Shown here: positions 1-9,821 of the stretch, piece after piece
How the letters are laid out: each line of letters begins with the position of its first letter
Position numbering within the stretch: the first letter of the stretch is position 1
Assembly (NCBI GenBank): GCA_049583555.1
Contig: JBAUWA010000111.1
Coordinates: 1 to 54,899, forward strand
Length of the DNA stretch: 54,899 nucleotides
DNA from: Candidatus Dormiibacterota bacterium
GTDB taxonomy: Bacteria; Chloroflexota; Dormibacteria; Aeolococcales; Bog-877
Reading direction: 5' to 3'
Notes under the pieces: model-generated
Databases searched by the model: none
Told to the model about the DNA's origin: nothing
The model's input: the letters and a program-made list of their open reading frames with translations, nothing else
Program-made: the position numbers and the translations under genes

Positions 1-50
1 ACCAGGTCGGTGCACCCAGTCCGCGATCGGACCTGCGCGACAATCCGCAA

Positions 51-683
51 ATGGCCCTGCAGCGCGCCTTCTACGGCATCTCCTACCGACTGGGGCGTCT
101 GCCCTGGGACACCGGAATCTCCCCTCCCGAATTGGTGGAGGTGGTCGAGGGGCCGGACGCCCTAGCGCCGGGTCGGGCTCTTGACCTCGGCTGTGGCACC
201 GGAACCAACGCTGTGTATATGGCGCGCCATGGTTGGAAGACAACCGGCGTCGATTTCGTTCCTGCCGCTATTGCTCGTGCACGACAGCGGGCGCAAACAG
301 AGGGTATGGATGCGGTATTCGTAGCTGGAGACGTTGCCAGACTCAGTGATCTGGGGATTGCGGGGCCCTTTGACTTGGTGCTGGATATCGGCTGCTTCCA
401 CGGGATTCCGGAGGCGCTTCGGTCAGCCTATGGAGATCAAGTTGGCCAGGTGACTGCACCCGGTGCGACGCTCCTGATGTTCGCCTTCGGCCAGCCTGCT
501 CGCCGCTGGCCACCGATAGGGTTCTTGGGAGCCACCGAAGCCGACTTGATCACCCACCTGGGCCATGCGTTTGAGCTGGTGCACGTCCGTCACGGTGAAG
601 AATCCCGTCCTGGGCTACAGCGGCTCCCAACCTGGTATCGCATGGTCCGCCGTTCGGCCGAAGTGCCAACCATGGCGCGGTAG
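51..683 (+). CDS. class I SAM-dependent methyltransferase
   Basis: ATG-start 210-aa ORF. SAM-binding motif I LDLGCGTGTNAVYMARHG followed by GVDFVP, typical of small Rossmann-fold methyltransferases. Confidence 0.8.
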   Translation: MALQRAFYGISYRLGRLPWDTGISPPELVEVVEGPDALAPGRALDLGCGTGTNAVYMARHGWKTTGVDFVPAAIARARQRAQTEGMDAVFVAGDVARLSDLGIAGPFDLVLDIGCFHGIPEALRSAYGDQVGQVTAPGATLLMFAFGQPARRWPPIGFLGATEADLITHLGHAFELVHVRHGEESRPGLQRLPTWYRMVRRSAEVPTMAR

Positions 684-697
684 GGAGCTGCGGCGAG

Positions 698-1783
698 ATG
701 CGGAGCCCGGTTGAGGGAGATGGAGGAGCGACCGATTCTCGGGCTGCTGCTTGGTCGGCGGCGCTGGCGTTCGTATTGGGGTCGGAAGAGCCGGCTGTGA
801 GGGCTCTGGCGCGGCGAGATCTGCTCGGCGACGACCCACCTGAGAACCAGGAAGACGTTCTACGGGGCTCTAAGGTCACTGCCCTGCTGACTGGTCAAGA
901 TCCGGCTTCTTTCCGGCCCGGGCGAGGATGGCGGGGCTGGCCGGGTGCGCAGTTCGGGTTCGGAGTCCATCCCTACTCGAAGTGGACCGGTGCCCACTGG
1001 CGCCTCCTCTCGTTGGTCGAGCTGGGAGTTCCAGCGCACGAGCCGCGTGCACTTGGTGGCGCCGAGCAGGTCCTCGGATGGCTCGCGAGGCCTGAGAGGA
1101 TCGAGCGTGTTCCTGTCGTAGGCGGACTAGCTCGACGCTGTGCCTCCATGGAAGGTAATGCTGTGGCGGTTTGCTGCCGGCTGGGCTTGGCCGACGATGA
1201 CCGGGTCAGGCTTCTCGCTGACTCGCTACAGAAGTGGCAATGGCCCGACGGCGGGTGGAACTGCGACCTAAGGGCAACCGGACGGCGCTCGTCGTTCCAT
1301 GAGTCCCTGGCTCCAGCATGGGGACTCCACGAGTACGCCGTGGCCACCGGTGACGAACGTGCCAAGGCGGCCGCAAGGCGGGCCGCGGATCTCTTCCTCT
1401 CACATCGTCTCTTTCGATCGCTCTCCGACGGTAGGCCGATCAAGTCGGGCTGGCTCGTCCCGCACTACCCACCCTATTGGCACTACGACATCCTCCAGGG
1501 CCTCGTCATCTTGGTGCGGATGGGGCATGCCCGCGACGGCCGCCTTCAAGACGCGCTGCAGTTGCTTGAGCGACTTCAATCGGCGGACGGCACTTGGAGT
1601 CCGGGAGGACGGTGGTGGCAAGTAGCTAGGGCCTGTAGCGACGCTACCCGGAGCTCTAAGGTTCGTGCTGTCGAGGTGGTGGATTGGGGGCGCTCGGGAG
1701 CCAACGAGATGATCACCCTGAATGCGATGCGAGTGCTCAGGGCGACCGGTAGGGAGCCGCCCGGCGTGACTCTCGCGGCTTGA
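698..1783 (+). CDS. prenyltransferase/squalene-oxidase-repeat (alpha/alpha toroid) family protein, function unknown
   Basis: 361-aa ORF. Motifs WQWPDGGWNC and SADGTWSPGGRWW resemble the QxxDGGW repeats of terpenoid cyclase/prenyltransferase folds. Confidence 0.55.
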   Translation: MRSPVEGDGGATDSRAAAWSAALAFVLGSEEPAVRALARRDLLGDDPPENQEDVLRGSKVTALLTGQDPASFRPGRGWRGWPGAQFGFGVHPYSKWTGAHWRLLSLVELGVPAHEPRALGGAEQVLGWLARPERIERVPVVGGLARRCASMEGNAVAVCCRLGLADDDRVRLLADSLQKWQWPDGGWNCDLRATGRRSSFHESLAPAWGLHEYAVATGDERAKAAARRAADLFLSHRLFRSLSDGRPIKSGWLVPHYPPYWHYDILQGLVILVRMGHARDGRLQDALQLLERLQSADGTWSPGGRWWQVARACSDATRSSKVRAVEVVDWGRSGANEMITLNAMRVLRATGREPPGVTLAA

Positions 1784-1798
1784 TTTGCCATGTGCGAC

Positions 1799-1828
1799 TG
1801 GCGTCGGGACACGGATTCAAACCGTGAA
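1799..1828 (-). repeat. degenerate copy of the tRNA-Asn 3' end (CCA, 3' acceptor strand, T-arm)
   Basis: tggcgtcgggacacggattcaaaccgtgaa versus 2658-2687 tggctccggagcacggattcgaaccgtgaa. 25 of 30 positions are identical by manual alignment, in the same orientation. Confidence 0.6.
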
Positions 1829-1873
1829 TAGTGTGCTGCCTGGGCAGCATTCCAGGCGCCTAGATACGCTAGA

Positions 1874-2641
1874 TCACGCGCGTGACTCGGGCTCGGCCCG
1901 AGACGATCCGTGAATGCCCCCACCACTCGGTCTGGTCCAGGGCAAGGCCCAGTCACCTGATCCGTCGGGCAGTGGCCGCCCTATCAGCCAGTGGTGCCCG
2001 AAGGGGTCAGCCAACCTTCCCTGACGCAGTCCGAATGACTGGTTCGCTACCGGCGCGACGCTGACTGCGCCGCGCGCGATTGCACGCTCGAAGAGGCGGT
2101 CGGGATCTGCGACCAGCAGGTTGATCCTCACAGAGGTGCTGAGCAGGGCCGGAGGCGGGAGATTCGCGGACCCCGGTACTTCATCGGCGACTCTGAACCG
2201 CGCATCGCCAATTGCCATTTCGGCAACAATTCTGCCGTCAGGATACGTGTTCCGATAGATCTCCACCGCCTCAAACGCCGCCGTGTAGAAGACCACCGCT
2301 TGTGTCGCATTGCTGACCGTTAGGACCGGTGTGATGGTGATGGGAAATGCATCCCCGGCAGGCAGTGTCGCTGACTCATCGTCGCGAGGAAGTGCGGTGT
2401 CGAGATCGAGTGACCGCAACGCGTCCACCGCTAACTCCCAGCGGCCCTCACCACAAACCCCGCTCAATCCCGCTTGTTCATACGCATCCAGCGCTGCCCG
2501 CAGACACGCTTCGCGAATGGCCTCTACCAACCGAAGCCGCTCCGGCCCGGGTGGCGTCACCGGCTCATCGGCTCGCTTGATCATCACTCCATCGGCCAAC
2601 GCACCGTGAACAGGCTTGGGGTCGGGGCACGATCGGATCAT
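1874..2641 (-). CDS. VOC (glyoxalase/PhnB-like) family protein with N-terminal extension
   Basis: C-terminal half (ITPVLTVSNATQAVVFYTAAFEA...DPFGHHWLIG) is VOC/PhnB-like. The longest ORF start (2671) would overlap tRNA-Asn, so the internal ATG at 2641 is preferred. Start uncertain. Confidence 0.7.
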   Translation of the reverse strand: MIRSCPDPKPVHGALADGVMIKRADEPVTPPGPERLRLVEAIREACLRAALDAYEQAGLSGVCGEGRWELAVDALRSLDLDTALPRDDESATLPAGDAFPITITPVLTVSNATQAVVFYTAAFEAVEIYRNTYPDGRIVAEMAIGDARFRVADEVPGSANLPPPALLSTSVRINLLVADPDRLFERAIARGAVSVAPVANQSFGLRQGRLADPFGHHWLIGRPLPDGSGDWALPWTRPSGGGIHGSSRAEPESRA

Positions 2642-2657
2642 CTCGCACTTTGGAACT

Positions 2658-2732
2658 TGGCTCCGGAGCACGGATTCGAACCGTGAACCTTGCGGTTAAC
2701 AGCCGCCTGCTCTACCGTTGAGCTACTCCGGA
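2658..2732 (-). tRNA. tRNA-Asn (anticodon GTT), CCA encoded
   Basis: Manual cloverleaf: acceptor TCCGGAG/CTCCGGA, D-arm GCTC..GAGC, anticodon stem GGCGG/CCGCA with loop CTGTTAA, T-arm CACGG-TTCGAAT-CCGTG, then G-CCA. Confidence 0.9.
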
Positions 2733-2829
2733 TCGCCGACCAGCAGTTTAGCGGTGACCTCAACCGCGATCTGAGGCCGCTTCAGCCTCGTCGGCGGAGC
2801 CAGCGGAAGGGCTCGGGGCGCTTAGTTGG

Positions 2830-3927
<1,098 letters not shown>

Positions 3928-3940
3928 GGTCTTGACCAAC

Positions 3941-5740
3941 CTATGCCTCCATACCGCCGCCACGGCGCAGCCCGTCGATCTGTCGCTGCTTGCGGTCCAA
4001 CTCGGCGGCCAGCTGAGGCCCCTCGCCTTCCCGGTGATGGCCCAGCTGGGCCATCTGGCGGCGCAGCCCCGCCGCGTCATTCTCCAAACTCTCGATCCGA
4101 ATCCGCCTCACGTAGTCTCCCAAGGACCGCTGCCGCCGAACGCTTCCGGCGTCCTGGTCGAGTTCGGGGAAGTCGCCCTTGGGGAGCTCATCCAGACGCT
4201 GGCGCAGCTCCGGGGAGATGTCAGCTGGGTTGAGCCTTTCCGGGGCCACCTCGACCATGGCCTGGTATAGCTCGCCGTGGCCGGGATCGAGAAAATCATC
4301 CCGCCTGAGCTGATATTGATCTCGAACCTCCGCAATCGACTGGGGGCTATGCCAGAGCATCCCCAGCAAATGGGCAGAGGCTCCCATTGCAATCTGCCCA
4401 CTGCCTGCGCCGCTCAAACCTGCTCCCGTCAACTTGGTCTGCTGTCCCGAACCACTGCGCTCCACATCCTCCAGGATTCGAGATGCGGCTACGCCCAGTC
4501 GGCGTCCGACTCTCTCTGCATATAAAGCGCGGATGCTGGCCTCAGGGATACGGCCCAGGATTCGCATGGCTCGTTTCAGTGCCTCCTGGCCTTGGCCTCC
4601 AGCCTGCGGCGAGGCGTCGCGGAGGGCCTGGTCGACCAGAACCTCCCAGGCCGGGGGAGCGCTCTCGACCAACTGACGCAGGGAGTCGGGATCGCGGCGG
4701 GCCAGATCGTCCGGGTCCTGGCCTTCGGGCAGAGTGAGTAGCCGACAGCTCATCCCGGCCCTGGCCACCAGCCCCACCGCCACCCCGGCCGCGCGCTGGC
4801 CAGCGGCGTCGCCGTCGAAGCAGAGCACCACCTCATCAGCGAAGCGGCGGATGAGCCGGACCTGGGCGTCGGTGAGGGCGGTACCAGAGGTCGAGACCGC
4901 GGTACCGATGCCGACCCGGTGAGCTCCGATTACGTCGAAGTAGCCCTCCATCAGCACTGCTCGTCGCTCCTTGTGGATCGCTTCTCGAGCCAGGTCCAGG
5001 CCGAAGAGGACGCTGGACTTGTCGAAAAGCGGGGTGGCCCGGGTGTTCAGGTACTTGGGGGTGTCTTCCCCCAGCGCCCGTCCGCCGAATCCGACCGGTC
5101 GGCCCTGCTCATCTCGGATGGGAACAACCAGGCGATGGCGGAAGAAGTCGGTAAGCCGGCCTCGATCAGTACGGGCCAGGCCGGAAGCGGTGATGTCGAC
5201 TGGGTCGGCGGCCCGGCGGCGCAGGAAGCGCACCAGGTTGTCCGGGGTGGTTCCCAGCGGTGCGTACCCCAACTTGAAACGAGCTCGTTCGACCTCGGTC
5301 ACCCCGCGCGAGGCGAGGAAGCTTCGCCCCTGTTCGCCGGCCGGGCTGTTGACCAGGACGTGGTGATAGAAGTCGACCGCCAGTTGGTTCAGCCGAAGCA
5401 GGGCCTCGCGCTGCTTGCGACGCCGAAGCTCGGCCGGACTCGGAGGCTTGTCCTGGCTGAGGTCGACTCCCGCTCTGGGGGCCAGCGCTTCGAGTGCTCC
5501 CCGGAAGTCGGTGTGCTCGATCATCTCGATGAATCGGAAGAGGTCGCCGCCCTCGTGGCAGCCATGGCAGTTCCAGAGCTGCTTCTCCGGACTCACGTAG
5601 AACGACGCCGTGTGCTCGGTGTGGAACGGACAAAGCCCCTTCCACTCGCGCCCCGCCCTCGTCAACCGGACGTAGCCCCCGATGACGTCCACGATGTTGA
5701 GCCGGGACTTGATCTCCTCGGACGCGCGCTCGCTACTCAA
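3941..5740 (-). CDS. dnaG: DNA primase
   Basis: 599 aa with a TTG start. Zinc-finger [36 protein letters not shown] region (EGYFDVI, DGDAAG). Classic dnaG-rpoD order. Confidence 0.93.
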   Translation of the reverse strand: MSSERASEEIKSRLNIVDVIGGYVRLTRAGREWKGLCPFHTEHTASFYVSPEKQLWNCHGCHEGGDLFRFIEMIEHTDFRGALEALAPRAGVDLSQDKPPSPAELRRRKQREALLRLNQLAVDFYHHVLVNSPAGEQGRSFLASRGVTEVERARFKLGYAPLGTTPDNLVRFLRRRAADPVDITASGLARTDRGRLTDFFRHRLVVPIRDEQGRPVGFGGRALGEDTPKYLNTRATPLFDKSSVLFGLDLAREAIHKERRAVLMEGYFDVIGAHRVGIGTAVSTSGTALTDAQVRLIRRFADEVVLCFDGDAAGQRAAGVAVGLVARAGMSCRLLTLPEGQDPDDLARRDPDSLRQLVESAPPAWEVLVDQALRDASPQAGGQGQEALKRAMRILGRIPEASIRALYAERVGRRLGVAASRILEDVERSGSGQQTKLTGAGLSGAGSGQIAMGASAHLLGMLWHSPQSIAEVRDQYQLRRDDFLDPGHGELYQAMVEVAPERLNPADISPELRQRLDELPKGDFPELDQDAGSVRRQRSLGDYVRRIRIESLENDAAGLRRQMAQLGHHREGEGPQLAAELDRKQRQIDGLRRGGGMEA

Positions 5741-5917
5741 CTTGCCAGGCCAAGGTCACTGCCCCGGCCATCCCCCTCAGCTGAACCCGGTGGGCAGGTC
5801 ATCCACCCTCATCTTCCTACCCAGAACCTGGAGATCGGAGCGCCGCCGCCACAGGAGCGGGTCGATGCGCAGAGCTACAGCTGGGCGGCGGCAGCTGTCA
5901 CCTCAGAACTTGGGGTA

Positions 5918-7093
5918 CTAGCGCCGAAAGATGCCGAGTCCACGGCCCTTGGGGGCCGGCCCCTCCTCGCGCAGACGGTTGCGGAGAGCCATGACCTCCT
6001 GCTCTCGTTCCGCTAGCTGCGCCGCCGTTGACTTGCGGGTGTTATCGAGTTCCTGGCGCAAGTCGCGGACTTGGCGCAACCGCCGCTCCAGCTCAGCCTC
6101 GAAGCGGAGCCTCTGCTCGGCTTGGATGCGCTGCTCCAGAGCGCGCTCCCAGCGCTCGAAGAGCCCCGCCACCAGCTCGCGGGCGTCGATCGAGTTGATC
6201 GCCAGGGCGCTCTCCGGGCCCTGCGCCGCAGCCAGCGCCGACGGCCGGGGCACCTCCACCAGTTGGGGCCCGCCTAGGACATCGCTGGTCATAGGAGCAT
6301 CGATCTCAAGTGCCTCGACGGTATCGACCATGGCGACGGCGTCCACGTCGTCGACAATGGCCTCTAACTGCTCCTCGTCCTCGTCGTCGCTGCCGAAGGG
6401 CGCTGCCTCCTCGTCGTCCTCGTCTTCAACCGAGGCCCTCTGGCTGCTGAAGGATTCAGGCGTGATCGGCGGGGGAGGGATCGGGTAGTCGGTGCCGGCC
6501 TCGGTCTCCAGCGGGAAGTAGGAATCAGTTCCTGCCGGGTTGTAGTCGGTGGGTCCGGGAGCGGGAGGCGCTGACGCGGCGCCCACCTCGAGGGGCTCGT
6601 CCTCCCACGCCTCAGGGTCCTGACGCCAGACCGGCTCCGCTGGGGACGTCCCCTCCGGTGGGGATGGTTCACTTTCTGCGCTGGGGCCCCAAGGAGCCCT
6701 GGGCGGAGTGGCGGCGGTCGCGGAGTCATCCTCGGCCCCCGGCTCCCAGGGCGCGTTAGCCTGGGGAGGACTCGGTGCAGGTTGGTCTTCCGGGGCGCTC
6801 CACATCTCGTCGTACTCGGTGTCCCGCACTGCCCAACCCCGGGCGGGGCCCTCCTGACTCACCGGCTGACCGGCGGGTTCTTCGGCGGTGAAGTCCTCTG
6901 GGGTTGGGAACGGCGTCGATTCGGCCGGCTGGGTGACACCGATCTCGACGGCGCTGATGCGCATCTCGAGCTTGCCGCCGATCTCGACCCAGTGGACGGG
7001 AATGTCTCCCGACTCGATTCGGCGCTGGATCATCTCAAGGGGCACGGCAAGCTGGGCGGCCACCTCGTCGACCGTTAGGTAGTCGTCAGGCAT
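5918..7093 (-). CDS. HTH (excisionase/MerR-type) protein with long acidic Pro-rich region and C-terminal coiled coil
   Basis: 391 aa. N-terminus LTVDEVAAQLAVPLEMIQRRIESGDIP is HTH_17-like. The middle ~230 aa are D/E/P-rich low complexity. The C-terminus RIQAEQRLRFEAELERRLRQVRDLRQELD is heptad-like. Confidence 0.6.
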   Translation of the reverse strand: MPDDYLTVDEVAAQLAVPLEMIQRRIESGDIPVHWVEIGGKLEMRISAVEIGVTQPAESTPFPTPEDFTAEEPAGQPVSQEGPARGWAVRDTEYDEMWSAPEDQPAPSPPQANAPWEPGAEDDSATAATPPRAPWGPSAESEPSPPEGTSPAEPVWRQDPEAWEDEPLEVGAASAPPAPGPTDYNPAGTDSYFPLETEAGTDYPIPPPPITPESFSSQRASVEDEDDEEAAPFGSDDEDEEQLEAIVDDVDAVAMVDTVEALEIDAPMTSDVLGGPQLVEVPRPSALAAAQGPESALAINSIDARELVAGLFERWERALEQRIQAEQRLRFEAELERRLRQVRDLRQELDNTRKSTAAQLAEREQEVMALRNRLREEGPAPKGRGLGIFRR

Positions 7094-7715
7094 CTGGGTC
7101 TCCTCCGGTGCTGCGATGTAGCGCTCCTCGGCGAGGGTGACTCTGCGACGCCGCCGAACCCAGGGCGCCAGGGACGACGGTGCTACTCACCTCGCTCAGA
7201 GCGCGTTGCCAGAACAAGGGCGATGCCGCGGCAATTCCGAACAAGGCGCTGAGCAGCACCACCGCATCCACACTGTCGCGACCTTGCTTGCTCCAGTAGT
7301 CGTCCTCAAGGTGCAACCAGAGGGCGAACTCGTCGTAAGTCAGGGCCACCCCGGCTCCGTACAGAGGTGCCATGCGCCGGCGCCAGCTCAGGTCCGTTTG
7401 CAGCAGGCCGGCATAACCGCATCCGGTGAGGGCCAGGATGCCCCACACCATGTGATGTATGTGCAGGGGCTGCTTCCCCGGCTTGTCACTGCCTCCGCCG
7501 AGCACGATGTTGCCCAGGGGCAGCCAGTGATTGCGGATCCCGTGGGTGATTAGCCGAACCGTGCCGAAGGTGGCCAGGAAGGCGGTGAGCACCCGCATGT
7601 TGACGTCCTCGTCAGGCCGTTCCTGTGCGGTCTCGCGGTACCGCCTTGCGATCCGTCCCGGAAGTGAGAGCAGGCTGCGGATCTCGCCCGTCCGGGCGGG
7701 CTGCACTTCGCTCAT
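7086..7715 (-). CDS. hypothetical integral membrane protein
   Basis: ORF 7086-7802. An internal ATG at 7715 (MSEVQPAR...) is preferred. Several hydrophobic spans (VLTAFLATFGTV, MVWGILALTGCGYAGLL, VVLLSALFGIAAASPLF). 8-nt overlap with the downstream HTH gene. Confidence 0.5.
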   Translation of the reverse strand: MSEVQPARTGEIRSLLSLPGRIARRYRETAQERPDEDVNMRVLTAFLATFGTVRLITHGIRNHWLPLGNIVLGGGSDKPGKQPLHIHHMVWGILALTGCGYAGLLQTDLSWRRRMAPLYGAGVALTYDEFALWLHLEDDYWSKQGRDSVDAVVLLSALFGIAAASPLFWQRALSEVSSTVVPGALGSAASQSHPRRGALHRSTGGDPDA

Positions 7716-8011
7716 CGGGGCATCGTACCGGTGTTTGGGGTCGGATGGCCGTCTAAATACTCGAACGTTGAACGAAGGTGTTGCGTGTAACAGTTCAAAC
7801 ACGGGCTCTGGATCGCCGCAACGGGACTTGCCGCCAAACTTGGGTCGAAGTCTAGCGCCGACCGACTGACTCTGCTGACGTGCGCCCCGGGTGTCGGCCG
7901 ATGCACGAGTCCCTGCGACGGTCCGGTCATCCTAATTTAGAGGAGGTTGGCGAGCGTGACGAGGTTCTAAAGGCAGGCGCTGTCGCTGCTCGGCTGGATT
8001 AGCATCGGTTC

Positions 8012-8881
8012 GTGCTGAGCTCATTTCGCATCTTCACTGCTGCCGCCATCGCCGGCGTGATCGCGTTGATCGGCCTTGGGGTACCCACCGTCTTGGCCCG
8101 TCAGGGGACTGGGACTCATCCCGGCGCTGCCGGCATAGTCCAGTCAGTTGATGGCTCCAGCACAGCTGGCAGCTGCGGCAGTTCGAGTGGAACCGGCTTC
8201 ACCGTGAAGCCGTGGAAGACTTCTTCCCCGACTTGGACCGTGGTGGTCGGCAGCGGCACCACCTTCTATGAGGTGGGCACCGGCTCTGCATCCTTTGCCG
8301 ACCTCTGCGTCGGGGACTGGGCGGGGGCCTACGGCACCACCTCGGGCACCACGGTAACCGCCACCAAGGTCTGGTTCTCCCCACCGGGGGTCTCCGGCCG
8401 GGTCGAGTCCGTCAACGGCGTCAGCAGCACTGGCTCGTGCGGTAGCAGCGGGGCCACTGGCAGCTTCACCCTGGGCTGGCAGAAGGGGACGACGTGGACG
8501 ATCGACGTGACCGGGGCCACCAAATTCACTGAGCACAACAGCGGGTCAGCGTCGTTCGCCAACCTTTGCGTCGGGGACTGGGCGAGCGCCAGGGGTACCA
8601 AGACGGGCACCACGCTTGCCGCCAATTCGGTGGTGCTCAGGGGCACTGGGTCCTCTCGAACTCCCAGCCTCTGGCCCGCGAGCGGCCACCCACAGTGGAC
8701 CAAGCATCAAGGTTCGGCCAGCGTCCAGTTCCCGTCCAGCAGTGGCAGGAACTGGCAGGGCGCCTCGAATGGCGCCAGCGCCGACAGTCAAGTGAGGTCT
8801 GGCGGCGGGGGATGGGGACATGGTCCGGGATCGCACGGACCACCCGGCGGATCCGGTTGGGGGGCCGCCGGCCCCGGGTAG
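8012..8881 (+). CDS. secreted protein with two tandem DUF5666-like repeats and Gly-rich tail
   Basis: GTG start. Signal-like N-terminus FTAAAIAGVIALIGLGVPTVLA. Two ~80-aa repeats (V[QE]SV[DN]G.S..GSCGSS...GSASFA[DN]LCVGDWA). C-terminal GGGGWGHGPGSHGPPGGSGWG. Confidence 0.65.
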   Translation: MLSSFRIFTAAAIAGVIALIGLGVPTVLARQGTGTHPGAAGIVQSVDGSSTAGSCGSSSGTGFTVKPWKTSSPTWTVVVGSGTTFYEVGTGSASFADLCVGDWAGAYGTTSGTTVTATKVWFSPPGVSGRVESVNGVSSTGSCGSSGATGSFTLGWQKGTTWTIDVTGATKFTEHNSGSASFANLCVGDWASARGTKTGTTLAANSVVLRGTGSSRTPSLWPASGHPQWTKHQGSASVQFPSSSGRNWQGASNGASADSQVRSGGGGWGHGPGSHGPPGGSGWGAAGPG

Positions 8882-9014
8882 CGGTCAGCTCAGGCAACAG
8901 CAGAGGGGCAATGGGGCCGGGCCCGGAGGCCCGACCCCGCGAGAGGGGGCCGAGACCGGATAGCGCCTCGGGCGAGGCCGAGCCGCGGGGAGGGCACTGC
9001 CACTAGCTGGCAGC

Positions 9015-9506
9015 TCAGGTATCGGAATCGGATTCCAGTTCCGACTTGATCTGGGGCAGGCTCTCGACGACATGGGTGGCCCAACGTCGGCCCACCGAGC
9101 TCGACGTAGCATCGGCCGCGGCGTCCAAGAAGTCGGCTTGGACGGTCACAGTTGTGGCGCCCGCCTCAGTGGGGGTGAGCCGGAACCTGGCCGTGGGCCG
9201 TCCCGGGAGAGAGGTCGCTTCGACCCCTAGGGTTATCGGACTGTGGAACTGGACTATGCGGTAGACGACCGACTTGCGTCCCAACAGTGAGCTGACTGTC
9301 TTCTGCGAGTAGGTGGCGCCAACACCGCCCTCGTAGCCAATCGGGGCGGACTGCATAACCCAGGTCATCCACCGTGGGGCATTGGTGCCGTCCGCGAGGA
9401 ACTCGAACACCTCGTCGATGGGCCTAGCTATCGTGACCACTGCCTCTGCGTAGGGCAAACAGAGCGTCTCCAAATCCGCGTGGGTGGCGATCGCAGAGTG
9501 ATCCAT
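9015..9506 (-). CDS. SRPBCC (polyketide cyclase/dehydrase-like) family protein
   Basis: IARPIDEVFEFLADGTNAPRWMTW is typical of SRPBCC/START-like proteins. ATG 9506 is preferred over the 9560 ORF start. Confidence 0.7.
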   Translation of the reverse strand: MDHSAIATHADLETLCLPYAEAVVTIARPIDEVFEFLADGTNAPRWMTWVMQSAPIGYEGGVGATYSQKTVSSLLGRKSVVYRIVQFHSPITLGVEATSLPGRPTARFRLTPTEAGATTVTVQADFLDAAADATSSSVGRRWATHVVESLPQIKSELESDSDT

Positions 9507-9577
9507 CCCGGCGATACGCCGATGGTACGCACACGTGCCGAGGCGCGCTCGAGTGGGCAAGATCAGAAACTGGGGAA

Positions 9578-9626
9578 TTGACGAGTTTTTGACGTCTCCC
9601 TTTTAGCTGTTGACGTCGTGTTGATT
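9578..9626 (+). promoter_or_regulatory. four helically phased TTGACG-type direct repeats upstream of kdp operon (candidate KdpE boxes / promoter)
   Basis: TTGACG at 9578, 9589 and 9610, and TTGATT at 9621, giving spacings of 11, 21 and 11 bp. A TANNNT-like TAACCT at 9637-9642 follows. The intergenic region is AT-rich. Confidence 0.45.
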
Positions 9627-9648
9627 GGGTCAGCGCTAACCTCGAGAC

Positions 9649-9732
9649 ATGCTCGACGTCATATGCGTCCTATTGGTGATCTTTGGGACCGCCATGCTCT
9701 GTCTAATGATTGAAGCCATGGACAGGATCTAA
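9649..9732 (+). CDS. 27-aa hydrophobic micro-ORF upstream of kdpF (KdpF-like?)
   Basis: ATG 9649 to TAA 9730-9732 encodes MLDVICVLLVIFGTAMLCLMIEAMDRI. The stop overlaps the kdpF ATG (TAATG). It was not in the ORF track because it is under 60 aa. Confidence 0.4.
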   Translation: MLDVICVLLVIFGTAMLCLMIEAMDRI

Positions 9733-9821
9733 TGGACCTCGCAGATATCCTTCTTTTGATCGTCTCCACGGCGACCTTCGTCTACCTGGTATACGCCATG
9801 ATTCGGCCAGAGCGGTTCTGA
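9732..9821 (+). CDS. kdpF: K+-transporting ATPase subunit F
   Basis: 29 aa: MDLADILLLIVSTATFVYLVYAMIRPERF, with the characteristic C-terminal ...RPE[RK]F. AGGA lies 6 nt upstream. The stop overlaps the kdpA ATG (ATGA-type junction). Confidence 0.85.
   Translation: MDLADILLLIVSTATFVYLVYAMIRPERF

Noticed and set aside
3928-4080. N-terminal extensions implied by the longest ORFs. Examples: rpoD to 4080, leuS to 47544, queG to 52313, the HD protein to 22767, the nitroreductase ORF from 49649, and GNAT from 37937.
   Set aside because: The extended parts overlap neighbouring genes or are compositionally non-coding (Arg/Pro-rich). Internal ATG or GTG codons coincide with the start of family homology.
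9710-9820. The TTG-initiated N-terminal extension of kdpA given by the ORF track.
   Set aside because: This frame overlaps the micro-ORF and kdpF. KdpA homology begins at ATG 9821 ([10 protein letters not shown]), which overlaps the kdpF stop in the usual coupled arrangement.
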